This document shows, piece by piece, positions 37,196 through 48,507 of a stretch of DNA of 64,000 nt. The notes under the pieces were generated by a model, which worked only from the letters and a program-made list of their open reading frames with translations, ran no database searches and was not told the DNA's origin. Source of the stretch: Phoronis australis (lineage: Eukaryota; Animalia; Phoronida); contig NMRA01000095.1 in assembly GCA_002633005.1 (NCBI GenBank), positions 724,412 to 788,411 of the forward strand, given 5' to 3'. Position 1 is the first letter of the stretch, and every line of letters begins with the position of its first letter. Made by a program: the position numbers and the translations under genes.

Positions 37196-38111
37196 CAAAT
37201 ACATATCTAGAAATCGGTTAAAAAAATTAGTCAACATACTGCTTGAAAACATAACTTCACAATTATTCCTCATTCCAAATAAAATAAATAACAATGTGCA
37301 ATAAGTATCAACAAGTGCTAACAAGAAGACAACAAATCAACACACAGCAGTTCATTTTAACAACGCCTGGTGTAATACACAACTGAATTAATTTCTCAGT
37401 GCCGAGACAAAGACAATAAACACAAACAATTAAACACATTCAGTTTACAATTAGCAATGCATCATGTTGTGCACTTTAAGGCCAATGAAAATAGCATACT
37501 TGGTTCTGGTCTGTGGTTCTTTTTAATTAGAAAATTCATGTGGTGATGTGATGATTTTTAAGTTGCCCATACTTTCAAAAAAGAAAAAAATCACTTGAAG
37601 CCAGAAGAATTGGGTCACAATCCTTCTTTTTGCTACAGGGCCACCTAATGCCAAGTGAAATGGGTTGGGATCTTTCTTTTTTCCATCTGTTTGGTACAGG
37701 TTTCAAAACGAGTTGGATGCAAACAAAAAACAATATTCAAAATTTTCACCCGAAAGTAGTCCCACCGGTACAATGCACTGCTTTCCGCAAGGGGCCTCAA
37801 CACATTCACACCATAATCACCCCATTTCATGCACTTTAGTAAAAACTGAGCACACTACAGAATCCACAGACCAAGCCACTATGCTACACTGTCCTCTCAG
37901 GACAATAAAGCCACCTAATGTGTTGAAACAGATGTTATTTCTATTCATAATTTAGATTGACTAACAGGTCACCGATGAAGTGGCTGAAGTACTGTACTTT
38001 CTTAAGTATTTCTTATTTTTAAAAACAGAGCAAACGTAGTGTACGAAAAACTTCAACAGTTAAAACTTATTTAGCAATTTTAAATAAAAACAAACAATTA
38101 GACAAAGCACC

Positions 38112-38408
38112 TCAAAACTGAGCCGCGTATTTCTCCAGCAATGTATCCGCAATACCATGCATACCATTGTCTCTTAATGAACGATCAAAGACCCAGAAAT
38201 TAGCGACGTTAGAGCAGCGGTCAAGCCACGTTACCAGAACATGGTGAGCAAGCAGTGGCAGGGCTTCAAATGGCAACTTGCCCTCTATTTCGCGAATGAT
38301 CCCATCAGCGACAGGGTTTGTTTTGAAGAGATCCTTGTAAAACGCTTCCCACTTATGATCGGGAATCATTTCATTTACTTCACCCATCATTTGTTCAAGG
38401 ATTTCTCT
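38112..38408 (-). CDS. ANK-DD last exon, death-domain-like
   Basis: ttttcag acceptor then 98 codons and TGA; KW..F..L, L..W, L.D.G...IAD.L pattern of death domains. Confidence 0.85.
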   Translation of the reverse strand, partial: REILEQMMGEVNEMIPDHKWEAFYKDLFKTNPVADGIIREIEGKLPFEALPLLAHHVLVTWLDRCSNVANFWVFDRSLRDNGMHGIADTLLEKYAAQF

Positions 38409-41400
38409 CTGAAAACAAACAAATGTTTTAGCATTGCATGAGGTGCACATAAATCTTACTCAAACCCAACAAAACCTTCACTATCTCACTTAGATACAAA
38501 GTGCCATGAACACGTAAGTGACAAGCTTGTGGCCATCTCTCAATGGAAGTCTTTTTTAATGAATTTAAGCTTAACACTGCTTGCACTTACGCACACTTCC
38601 TAATCCAGCTTCAAGACCAAACTAGTGATGAATTTAAATTAAATTCTTTAGTATAAATGGAGTGAAGTGTTAGTGTAAATGGGGTGAAGTGTTAAACTAT
38701 GTTTGGTTATGTAATAGCATGAAACCTAGAATATTCCCACACTTCATGTTTCAGCTAATGGGAAATCAGCACAGTAAAAATGTTCTAGCAACATCTGTAT
38801 TCACAATATTCCTATTAGCATTCATGGAACCAAATGACAGTTTTGTTTCCATAATTTCTTGTGAAACTGCCACGGGCTAAGAGAAAAATGAGCTAGAAAC
38901 ACATTCAAGATGTACAAACCTTTGAATTTTGAATTTTCTGTGCATTGTCAAACAGAAGTAAGATTTTGACAAACTGTTCTTGTTTGGCGGTGTTGATTTT
39001 TGAATGATTAATCATCCGCTGCCGACAGTCGAGGCCATACTGAAAGCAGACGATGAAATCAAAACCAGGGAGAGTGTGGAATTTATGAATATTCATTATC
39101 ATGGAGTACTATGACTACTTGACAATTTATGAATATTCATTATCATGGAGTACTATGACTACTTGACAATCAAAGTATCATACATGAAGTGGATTCAATT
39201 GAAAATTGTGTTGGAGATATCTTGACAACATGAACATCAACATCAATCAAGCTTGTTCACAAAGAAATCAATGGCAATGATTTTGTTACTACGAAACCCT
39301 ATCTAAGACCTATTTGAGGTAAAAAAACAACAGCAAATATACACTTAAGTGAGAGCTCATGAATATTTTGACATGGTCATATTTTATTGCAGATCGGGTG
39401 GGGCGGGGTTCTACTACACAAAACATGGAATTGTAGATATTTTGCAATGACACCTTGTACAAATCTTGGTCAAGTTTGCCCAGGATGTAACTTGACCTTT
39501 TATAATCAACAAAACGACAAAACTTGTCAACAAGCGATTTACGGTAATTATCCACTTATTTTGCCCAAAAATAATTACAAAAATTACCAAATTTGTCAAT
39601 TTTCCATTTTTCAAAAAGTCATAACTTTACCGCAAATAAAGAAAATTTTACAAAAAAAAAGTTTTACGACATCTGCATAGTACAAACTATCCTAGTGAAA
39701 AACTAAAATTTTCTAAATCTTTATTTTTGAAGAGAAATTTGACAAGATAGAAGTTCAGTTGTAGGCCATTTTTTATGCTAACTACGCAAAGAATAAGTGT
39801 AATACTGGTGACACAACAGTCACTGCAAGAGAACATACCTTGTCCTTGACACCTGGATCTGCACCAAATGAGACGAGAAGTTCACATATTTCAACAAAAC
39901 CATTTTGAGCAGCAATGTGGAGAGGAGTTGAGCCAAGCTGAAACAAATAAGAATTGGACGAACGATGAAACTTATTATATCAAAACCCAAGTAAGCTGCA
40001 TCATTCTAACTCAGTGACTTCAAAAAGACAGCACATTTTAACATTGTGTCGTCAGATGTGGAAATTTTTATTGAACTTGTTTACAAAGCCTACAAACAGG
40101 GTGAGACAAGGATGGTAATCAGTCCGAAGACCAAACTGAACTAATCGAGAGAGAAATATTAAATAAATTCTACTTGAGTTTTAAACTGAAGACTCCATAT
40201 ATGGATAATATGTGAATTTGTTGATATGTTGAAAATTATTTAAATCATTTTATGATTACATCAGTGCTTTAAAATGAATACTTACAATACTGTCCGGCAT
40301 GTTGACAAAAGCTCCAAATTTTATGAGTTCAAGGATACAATTGTGCCTTTCACGTTCACACGCCCAATGTAGAGGAGTCTTTCCTTCCTAGAATGGAACG
40401 CGTAATTGGCATAAAAAATACAAAAACACACAAAGTTCTAACTCTAATGAAGGCCCAATGCAACAAAATTGTTAAATATTTTAAGCAACACAAAACACTC
40501 GTCCAGCCTGCACACACCCAGAATTCACTTTCGCATTATATCCAGGTTCTCATTCACTCCCTTGCACACATTCACTAGTAAGACCGAGCTCAGAGGATTA
40601 GGAGACACCTTTGTGCAATTCTTGATTGTCTGCCAGTAAAGCCTGGACTCAAACCTGCTTCTCTCAAACGGGAGTCCGGAGCCCAAACCACAGAACCACA
40701 CTGTCTCCTCTATCCATCAGAGAATTATGCTGGTGAACCCAATAAACTGACTGTCATTTGGTTTTATCAACAATGAACTAATTGTTGGAGATGCATGTTT
40801 TATGGCTATAAGTTTAACACATATAAACAAGCATGAAACAATATGCAAAATGATGCTTTGTGAGTATACTGAGCTCAGGACCTTACTCTCGCAGACAAGT
40901 TAAATGGCCGCGACTGAAATGACTGGTCTGCATGCAAGGCTAGAATGTTGAATTATTTGAGAAAATTCAGTTTTTGTCACACAAACAAAAATTTCTCACC
41001 CTAAGCAAAGTGTGAGTGTCATGTGTTTAGGTAACACAGCCTATGCTGACCTTACCTTATCCGTAGCATTTTGCTCAGCAAAGTGTTCAAGCAGTAGTCG
41101 TATGTTTTTACCCACAGTATCTAACTCTGCAGCGTTGTGAAGAGCTGTTTTACCAGTCTGGAAAAAAATCAAGTGGAATGAAAGAGGATGACTTCAAATA
41201 GACAAGAGATCACGACATAATAATATGAAGAGATGGACAACACCATTGACTATATAAATCAAGAGCATAGCTAGAATTAGTATACAGCTCGGGGCGGAAA
41301 ATAACAGAGCTCCACTGTGATCATCACCGATGCTGCGTAGCGCCCCGTTGCCAACAATTTTTTGACACCCGCTGGTCATCTGAGCTGCCAACCATCTTTG

Positions 41401-44400
41401 GATCACTGCACTCTTTGTCGGGGGGCCACCCACTCTGGTCTGCTCTATAACTACACCACTCAATTAAGCTATCAAAAGTCATATGAAAGAAATACGCTCA
41501 CAGTCAATTCACCACAAATAGAACAAGAACAAGAAAAACGATCAAGACAGACTAGTTCTTCGATTCATTAAGAATGCACAATACGGAACTTCAGAATACA
41601 TATGGCATCATATTCAGAAGCGATAGCAAAAATTAAGCAAGAGCCAGGAATTTCAGTGAAAGTTTGAAAAAGACTTCAGAAATTTCTTGTTACCACCAAG
41701 GAATTTGCAATGTGCTGCTTTTTAGTCTACCTTGTGTGAATTATCGTTCACATCGATGTCTTTTCTATTTAACAATTCTTCAACAATTTGCCACTTATCA
41801 GGGAGTCGACAAGTACGCTGCAAGGCTGTGGATCCCACCTAAAAGCAAAGAAGAATGTCTGCTTTGAAGTGAACATTTTCAAATGTGTTACCAATATTAA
41901 AATTCCAAATGTATATAATCAGAACACACAGGTTTAAGTTAAAATTTTTTTTTGTAACGACTTGATTTAGGAATTTAAAAATCAATTTAAAAGTTCTCAA
42001 AATCAATTGCACACAAACCTACAAAGTTGACACAAATTGTAACAGAAAGTCAAATATCTAATTCACAACAAATTTTTTTTACCAGCAAGTGCTTTCGTAG
42101 AGGCTTTTAATATTGAAACTGCTACGCAAGTTGCTAATTTGCACCTAAAACTAATATTTTTGAATGAAAACTGTACCTACATAGTTAGTTTTGTTGATAT
42201 CAGCGCCCAGATCCAGAAGCTTTCTCACCACTTCCAAGTGTCCTTGTTCACAGGCCTTCATCAAGGATGTGACTCCTTCCTACAAACAAATACTCCGTAT
42301 CATGATAAAATTCTATTCCCGTTACCAAAAAGACCATCAAAACCATTAACAACTCAAAAAACACGTCAGAGTTTACTGGGGTTTTCGCACACTAAAATTT
42401 GGTATTCAAAAATGAGGTATGACTGTACGCACTGTCTGTAACTTGTGTTTCTGGCGTGGTAATGTTTTGAAGCCCTAAAGAGCATCGGTTAAGAATTCAA
42501 CAGTGACAGCTAAACGAGCAAATGCAGCTTTAAATATGTATGGTGTTGCATGAAGCAATGTATTTTTAATTCACAATGAGAAAATGAAAACAAACGAAAG
42601 AGAATGATATATCTTAAAGTGAGACAATGTGATTTCAGTTATTTTGAGACTTCATGGTGTAGCAACTCCTGATTGGAAAAGAAATGGTCGCATTCTTCTC
42701 ATGCAGTATTGGAGAAAATAACTCGCTATCTTACACGAGTGCCTTACATTACCTGGTCACCATCGTCCAACCTTGCACCGGATTCTACCATGAACTCCAC
42801 TATGTCCAGTGCACCATGCTGACTAGCCATACGAAGTCCCTCCCCCAACACCCAGCGGTAGTTCATAAAGTTTTCTGTTGCAATGTGGAAGTAGTTACCA
42901 GCTGTGTTTGCGGTGCTCATCACAAACTTTTCTTGTTCCTAAAATTGAACAGGCATACATAATCAAAGTTGACTGTAAACATGTGCTTTTATATAGCTCC
43001 GATCATTTATCCACGGATGAACACTAGGCAACTGTTGTAAACATTTCTTGATACCACAGACAAAAAACTTACAGATATGAACCTACAAGTCTTAACTTTT
43101 ACAAACTTTAGAGGAACTGTTAGTGTGCTCGCGTACTGATTTAGGTGACGAGCACAAGTCATGGATCAGTGTATTTATGATGTGAAAGCTGATTGTCAGC
43201 GGAGTTACGATTATATGATTTTGAATATTTAAATGTTTAACTTCAATTTATAGCAAAATGGCCTTGGATTTAGTTTTAGACAGCATTAACATCCTGCATC
43301 AGTCAGTCTGTCACGAATATGAAATCAGAAATGAGTGAAGTAGAAAGCACTGAGGTTGAATCTATACAACTACTAAATAAATCAATGACACTCAATTCCT
43401 ATAATGAATGTTTTTTTAAAAAAAAAACCGCTAATTTCACCCCATATCTCAAAAAAAAACACCACAAAAAAATCTGCGCACATCATGTAATATCATGTTT
43501 GCGAGGGAAATTTCAACTACCTCACCATGGGATTGTGGATAACACGACAGCATGCTCACGTGATACTTGTGATGTCATGACATCAAAACACTCATTCACA
43601 AATTTACTGATCCGCTAAACTGTTGAGTTCTGATATTTGGACGTACAGAATTACGTTTTGTGACAAGTAAAACAATGTAAAAAACTAATATTGACAGAAA
43701 ATACTACATAATTACTTAAAGTGAAATAATCGTTTTTAAACAATGTACCTTTTAAGGCATCCAACTAAATAGGCATGGACTTAAATGTAGCAGGTTTAAT
43801 TCGAGCCACAAGAATAATTATCATCTTGACATGGAGTTACAATAAAATGGCCGAGTTACACACCAGGCCAAAATGGTCAAAGTAATATTGAGTCGTGTTC
43901 ATTCATGAGAAAGATGAGTTTTATAGACGCACCTACCTTAATACTGGGCATTATGAACTTGAGTGTCTCTAAGTTTCTTTGCTCAATGGCCAGCAGCATG
44001 TCACGGAGATAAAACTCCTCATCCTACAAATATAAGTTAAGAATTAAGAGTTATTCAGTAGACTGAATTACAGAAAACTAATTGGAGAACAAAAGTCAAG
44101 ACAGAACATTCACCAAAATACCTTGAAGGTATTTTTTGAGCATCAATTTCTTGTTAGTGAGTGCAAGTATTGATTTACGTGAAATTCTGCATAGATATTC
44201 TATTCATGGCCACATGAGACACAGAATTCCAAAAATGAGGACTTTGAATGTTTGGCTAAGAGACTTTGGTGGCTGATTATTTCTTTTATTTTTGAGAGAA
44301 AATTTAAAACTTCGAGTTACTGTTTCCTGTGCAATAACAGTAGTTTAAATATGATATCTTCCACATAGCTTAGGTTTACCAGAAAAATGATGGTATTGTG

Positions 44401-45505
44401 AAAAAATTGTGTTATGATTATAGGCATGGATTACGATTTAGAATTTAGATAAAGTTATAAAATTCTAATTAGGATTAAAATGGACATTTAAAAATTTACT
44501 TGATGAAATATGAACGGACTTCACAAAGGAAGGTAACTCGACTTCAGAGGCAGCTATACTGTAAACACGAGTTTCGTCAAAAGAAGGAGAATTAGATTCA
44601 GTTAGTCCGCTTACTGCAATAGAATTGATCTCAACTTGTTCCTTACAACAATAAAAATGATTTCTGGGTTTGCAAAGAATTGGCAGTTTGTTATTTCTTG
44701 AGAAAGAATGAAACAACATACTGACAATACAACTCCTTGAGAAAGAATGAAACGACATACTGACAATACAACTCCTTGAGAAAGAATGAAACAACATACT
44801 GACAATCCAACTTTTTACATTTAATGCCTGGTCACATGCAAATAACAAACCCAGTTCTTTGGAAGCTCTGAAATTGTCTTCCATTTGACTACGGAACAAT
44901 TTAAGACTTCGATTTCAAAGCAGCAATTGGTCTAAATCAGGTTTACAGTTGCATTAACTGCAGTCAATTAATTTGTGCATACTGCAATAGCTAAAGAAGA
45001 TTAATACATTGGTGTTCCAGCTTAGTTGAACAATACTACCCAAGTTTTGGTTATTCGACAAGAATGAACAGAGAGATTTAAAGTTGTTCAGCTGTATTTA
45101 GCACACATTGTGGCTGACAAATGAAATTTTATTTTGTCAAATTACTCCATAACAATCAAGATTAGGAAAATGTTTAGTCTATTACTAGCATGGTATACAC
45201 AGTGTTATCAACAGTGTAGATGTCACAAAAGAACACGAGATAATTAAATTTTCCATTATTTGCAGTAAAATAATTAGCCTTTGAAATATGCAAAAATGGC
45301 CATTTTGCAAATATTTTTGCGCAAAACAAGCAGAGAATAACTATACTACTAAATGAGATAATGAAATTACAGCGAGCAGACAGATAGACAGACAGACATA
45401 CAGACAGACAGACAGGCAGACAGACAGACAAACAGACAGACCACCAACCATTGTATCGTCATATTTCCATTTGACTGTCTGGAGCTTGTGCACTGGCCGA
45501 TGCAT
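38112..45505 (-). CDS. Ankyrin-repeat and death-domain protein, 382 aa (9 coding exons)
   Basis: Exons 45449-45505, 43937-44023, 42753-42938, 42181-42279, 41056-41157, 40286-40387, 39839-39937, 38920-39039, 38112-38408; all phase 0 with GT-AG. About 5 ankyrin repeats and a death-fold-like last exon. ANKDD1-like architecture; orthology not established. Confidence 0.87.
38920..39039 (-). CDS. ANK-DD linker exon (YGLDCRQRMINHSK...NAQKIQNSK)
   Basis: ctttcag/GTTTGT, 120 nt, phase 0. Confidence 0.82.
39081..39170. repeat. 44-bp tandem duplication
   Basis: atttatgaatattcattatcatggagtactatgactacttgaca twice. Confidence 0.9.
39839..39937 (-). CDS. ANK-DD ankyrin exon (LGSTPLHIAAQNGFVEICELLVSFGADPGVKDK)
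   Basis: 99 nt, TPLH motif. Confidence 0.93.
40286..40387 (-). CDS. ANK-DD ankyrin exon (EGKTPLHWACERERHNCILELIKFGAFVNMPDSI)
   Basis: 102 nt, TPLH motif. Confidence 0.93.
40640..40707 (-). mobile_element. Degenerate tRNA-derived SINE head
   Basis: A-box-like TGGTTCTGTGG and B-box-like GGTTTGAGTCC at tRNA-like spacing. Confidence 0.35.
41056..41157 (-). CDS. ANK-DD ankyrin exon (TGKTALHNAAELDTVGKNIRLLLEHFAEQNATDK)
   Basis: 102 nt, TALH motif. Confidence 0.92.
42181..42279 (-). CDS. ANK-DD ankyrin exon (EGVTSLMKACEQGHLEVVRKLLDLGADINKTNY)
   Basis: Canonical 99-nt one-repeat ankyrin exon. Confidence 0.93.
42753..42938 (-). CDS. ANK-DD exon (...GLRMASQHGALDIVEFMVESGARLDDGDQ)
   Basis: 186 nt, ankyrin repeat in the second half. 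Confidence 0.87.
43937..44023 (-). CDS. ANK-DD exon (DEEFYLRDMLLAIEQRNLETLKFIMPSIK)
   Basis: ttgtag/GTAGGT, 87 nt, degenerate ankyrin-like helix pair. Confidence 0.8.
44697..44812. repeat. 39-bp tandem repeat x3
   Basis: cttgagaaagaatgaaacaacatactgacaatacaactc. Confidence 0.9.
45378..45441. repeat. (CAGA)n microsatellite next to the ANK-DD donor
   Basis: Direct observation. Confidence 0.92.
45449..45505 (-). CDS. ANK-DD first coding exon (MHRPVHKLQTVKWKYDDTM)
   Basis: Acceptor tttctttcag just upstream of ATG; donor GTTGGT; phase 0. Confidence 0.65.
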
Positions 45506-47885
45506 ATTTCCTGAACTGAAAGAAAAGAGCAACATTAGCATAAAACAGGATATTAAAGTGAAAGTCAATTAACAACTCATTGGTAATTAAAGTCAACAGC
45601 TCATTGGTAATTAAACTGAGTGGCTATCAACCTGCCTTCCATCACAAAAAGCAGCTTTTGAATTGTAAACTAAACAATGCGACAAAGCACTAGTTTTCGT
45701 TAACGATAAATCAATTTGTTTTATTGTCATCAAGTTATTGCTACTGTTGTTAGTACTCTGACCCAAACTGATTTTGTGAACTTCAATTTGGCGGTTTTAA
45801 TAACTGTTTAAACCCAGGAAGATGCATGATTATCACATAAGTCATAATGGTGATCAACTTAGAAAGATTGTGTGGGAACTGTACCAATTTGTCAAACTGA
45901 TTGATATTGTGGAGAATTTCTTGCTTACACTGGTCACTGCTCAGATTCCCTTAGCCCCAGACAAATTTTATGATGCCTGTTCAGATGCCCATTGCATTAA
46001 TGTATATGTGAGCTTATGAAGTGGAAAGGTAATAGCTAGCACAACTGTCTAAACAACATGGTTGTTATAACAACATGGTTGTTATAACACCCAAATTGGA
46101 TTTCTCTGGCAATTGCACAGAGTTACAGCCTGCAACTGTGGAGAGTAGTTTAAACTTGGTACATTTTAAATATTACAAAATGACTAAAATGTTAATTTGT
46201 TTTTATCCTGACAGAGGGCCACTTTCCAAAGGAATGATGGTTTTAAACATGTTTTATATCAGATTTTGTTATTTCATTTTTAATATTCCTGTCTACTTGT
46301 TTTTCTTTTACTGGGAATGTGTCAACATCATTTTACTTCATTTTAAGCTTGAAGAACTAAAACAATGGCAGATTTTGATCACTAGCAAAACTTAGTTAGT
46401 AAATTGTGAACTCATCCCCGAACTTTCCAGATTACATGGTACACTAAACAATTCACAACCAACAAAACTACAAGTTATTGGTTCAAGTTTAATCTTTATT
46501 AGAACTGAAATCATAAAATATGGTGACAGCCAAACTGAAAATTGGGAATCTCTGGACAATTTTGGTTGCATTGAATACACAACTTAAAAATTCTAGCTTT
46601 TTGTCAGTCATCAAAATTAAGAGTGATCCGGCACAAGTTAAATACAACTTTTTCCTATTGTCAAAAATCTGGCTAAACGAGAATGAAAGAATATTAAAAG
46701 AATAATCCATGTGATATTGTTTATTCTGATCAGCGTTTGTCAAACCACTTGAGCTTATCAATATGCACTAGCTGTTTTTAATTTTCAATCGTACACAACT
46801 TTTATTGTTTTTAGCTTATTAGTTCATTGATTTTTAGAAATCGAAAAACCTTACGTAGATGTTTTTTCCACTAGAATACCACCCTGGTATTCATTTTTAA
46901 GGAAATTAATTGCTTAATGCATTTTGAAAATTTGCCATTATATGACTACTATGTGCAGGCTGAGATGTTTACTACAGTTTATGGTCTGGTAATTACACTT
47001 AATTGGGTCTTTCCAATGCTCACACCATACAATCCAACTCCGGGTGCTGCGCTCTCTTTGAACCTGGTACAAGCCACTCAGAAGGATAAGCGGTGAAAAT
47101 TCCCGCATTTCTGTAGAAATGTATGACTATAAGCATATTATTCATGGTTGACTACATGTATACAGTTCTATGAATGCTATTTTCATCTATGCACTGTCTA
47201 CAACCCAGATAAAGTGCTTTGCAATTTCTGGGTTTGTCATTATTTCCTTGTACGTTCTGTGTGCTCTTCGATAATGATGCACCATTAAAACAAATAAAAC
47301 AAAAAAAACGTGAGAACGCTGTAATTGTCTTGATTTGGAAAGCGGTGGCCATCAGGAGATGAAACCAAACAAAATGCCTTTGTAACATGCCAAAATACAT
47401 AATGACGGGGGGAGGAGTATTTGGTCCCATTTATAGCCACGCACATTCCCCCAGGTTACTGTCACCACCCTGTGACATATAGGTGGATTTGGGAGGGCCC
47501 AGGGGGCCCGCACCCCCACCTCCCTTGGCTTGCCACAAGCAAAATGAAACAGCAACAGCGTGAAGCGTGAGGAAATATTGAGTTCAGTAAATATAGGACT
47601 GGTAGCGGAGAAGGGGGGGGCCTCAGACCTAAGCAGGATTGCGCTTCTGTTTTTTTTTAGTTCACCGATAATCTTCCAAGCATAAAGTTCACTTGCCCGG
47701 CCCCTGCAGCTTTCGGGCCGCCTGCGACAAACAATCGGGCTTTGCCCATTACCCCGCCCCGAGGCAACCGGCTGTTGGGCCCCCTTATGGTATTACAGAT
47801 CCGCCACCCCCGTTGGCATGATTGAAAATAATTCTGGCATTACATCTGTGCCCATAGCTAATAACCCTGTAGTAATAGCCAAGAT

Positions 47886-47956
47886 TACCCGACCTGGGAA
47901 TCGAACCAGCGACCCCCATAAAACGGGCAAGCGTGCTAACCATTCAGCTAATAGGC
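47886..47956 (-). mobile_element. tRNA-derived SINE head / tRNA-like pseudogene
   Basis: Minus strand has A box TAGCTGAATGG and B box GGTTCGATTCC, but no good acceptor or anticodon stem. Confidence 0.55.
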
Positions 47957-48169
47957 AATTACCCGTTAGCGAGTAGATAACAGACGCTCAAATATGATTC
48001 ACCGGAAGCAAATCTACAACAACCCATTAAGCACATCTTTTAAATAAATCATTAACCCTCCTGTCCTGACTGTCTGCGGCTGCAGTGGGGAGTGAGTACA
48101 GGAAGTAGTTTGACATTTGTAGGAAATCAAATCAGAAAAAGCGCCCTAATGTTGATTTTCTTCACTTAC

Positions 48170-48300
48170 ATGTTTAACTATTCAAATATTGATTTGAGAG
48201 AAATAACCACTTCAACGATGAGTTCCTCTTCTACTTCTATTCCTCAGTAATTTACAACACGATCCGGAGCACGATCCGTCTTGCGTCCACAGCAACCACC
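48170..48300 (-). other. Probable non-coding first exon of the ANK-DD gene (5' end approximate)
   Basis: Consensus donor AT|GTAAGT at 48169 next to promoter-like sequence; link to the gene is inferred. Confidence 0.5.
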
Positions 48301-48388
48301 TGCACAGGAAATTGGTTTGACCAATAAGCATTCAGAAACGTTGTAACTGCTGAACCTCTAAACAGGAAATAGTAAGGGAGAGGGGAAG
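48300..48388. promoter_or_regulatory. Putative bidirectional promoter
   Basis: Two oppositely oriented CCAAT boxes (ATTGGtttgaCCAAT, 48311-48325) and two CAGGAAAT ETS-like sites between divergent genes. Confidence 0.55.
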
Positions 48389-48507
48389 ATGGCTGTGTTT
48401 CGCTCAGATCCGTGCGGGATCGCTTGCTTTATAATCACGTATGCTGCTGTAATATATGCTGATTACGTTGTCGTCAGACACATGGTACTTCCAACTATGT
48501 CCGAAAG
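48389..48507 (+). CDS. ZDHHC exon 1 ([39 protein letters not shown])
   Basis: aagATGG context, DPCG motif, TM1, GTGAGA donor. Confidence 0.92.

Noticed and set aside
36892-37221. Poly-Ile ORF (likewise 56110-56466 and its poly-Met and Ser/Pro frames)
   Set aside because: Translations of trinucleotide microsatellites.
47886-47956. Functional tRNA gene
   Set aside because: A and B boxes are present but the acceptor and anticodon stems do not pair well; treated as a SINE head.
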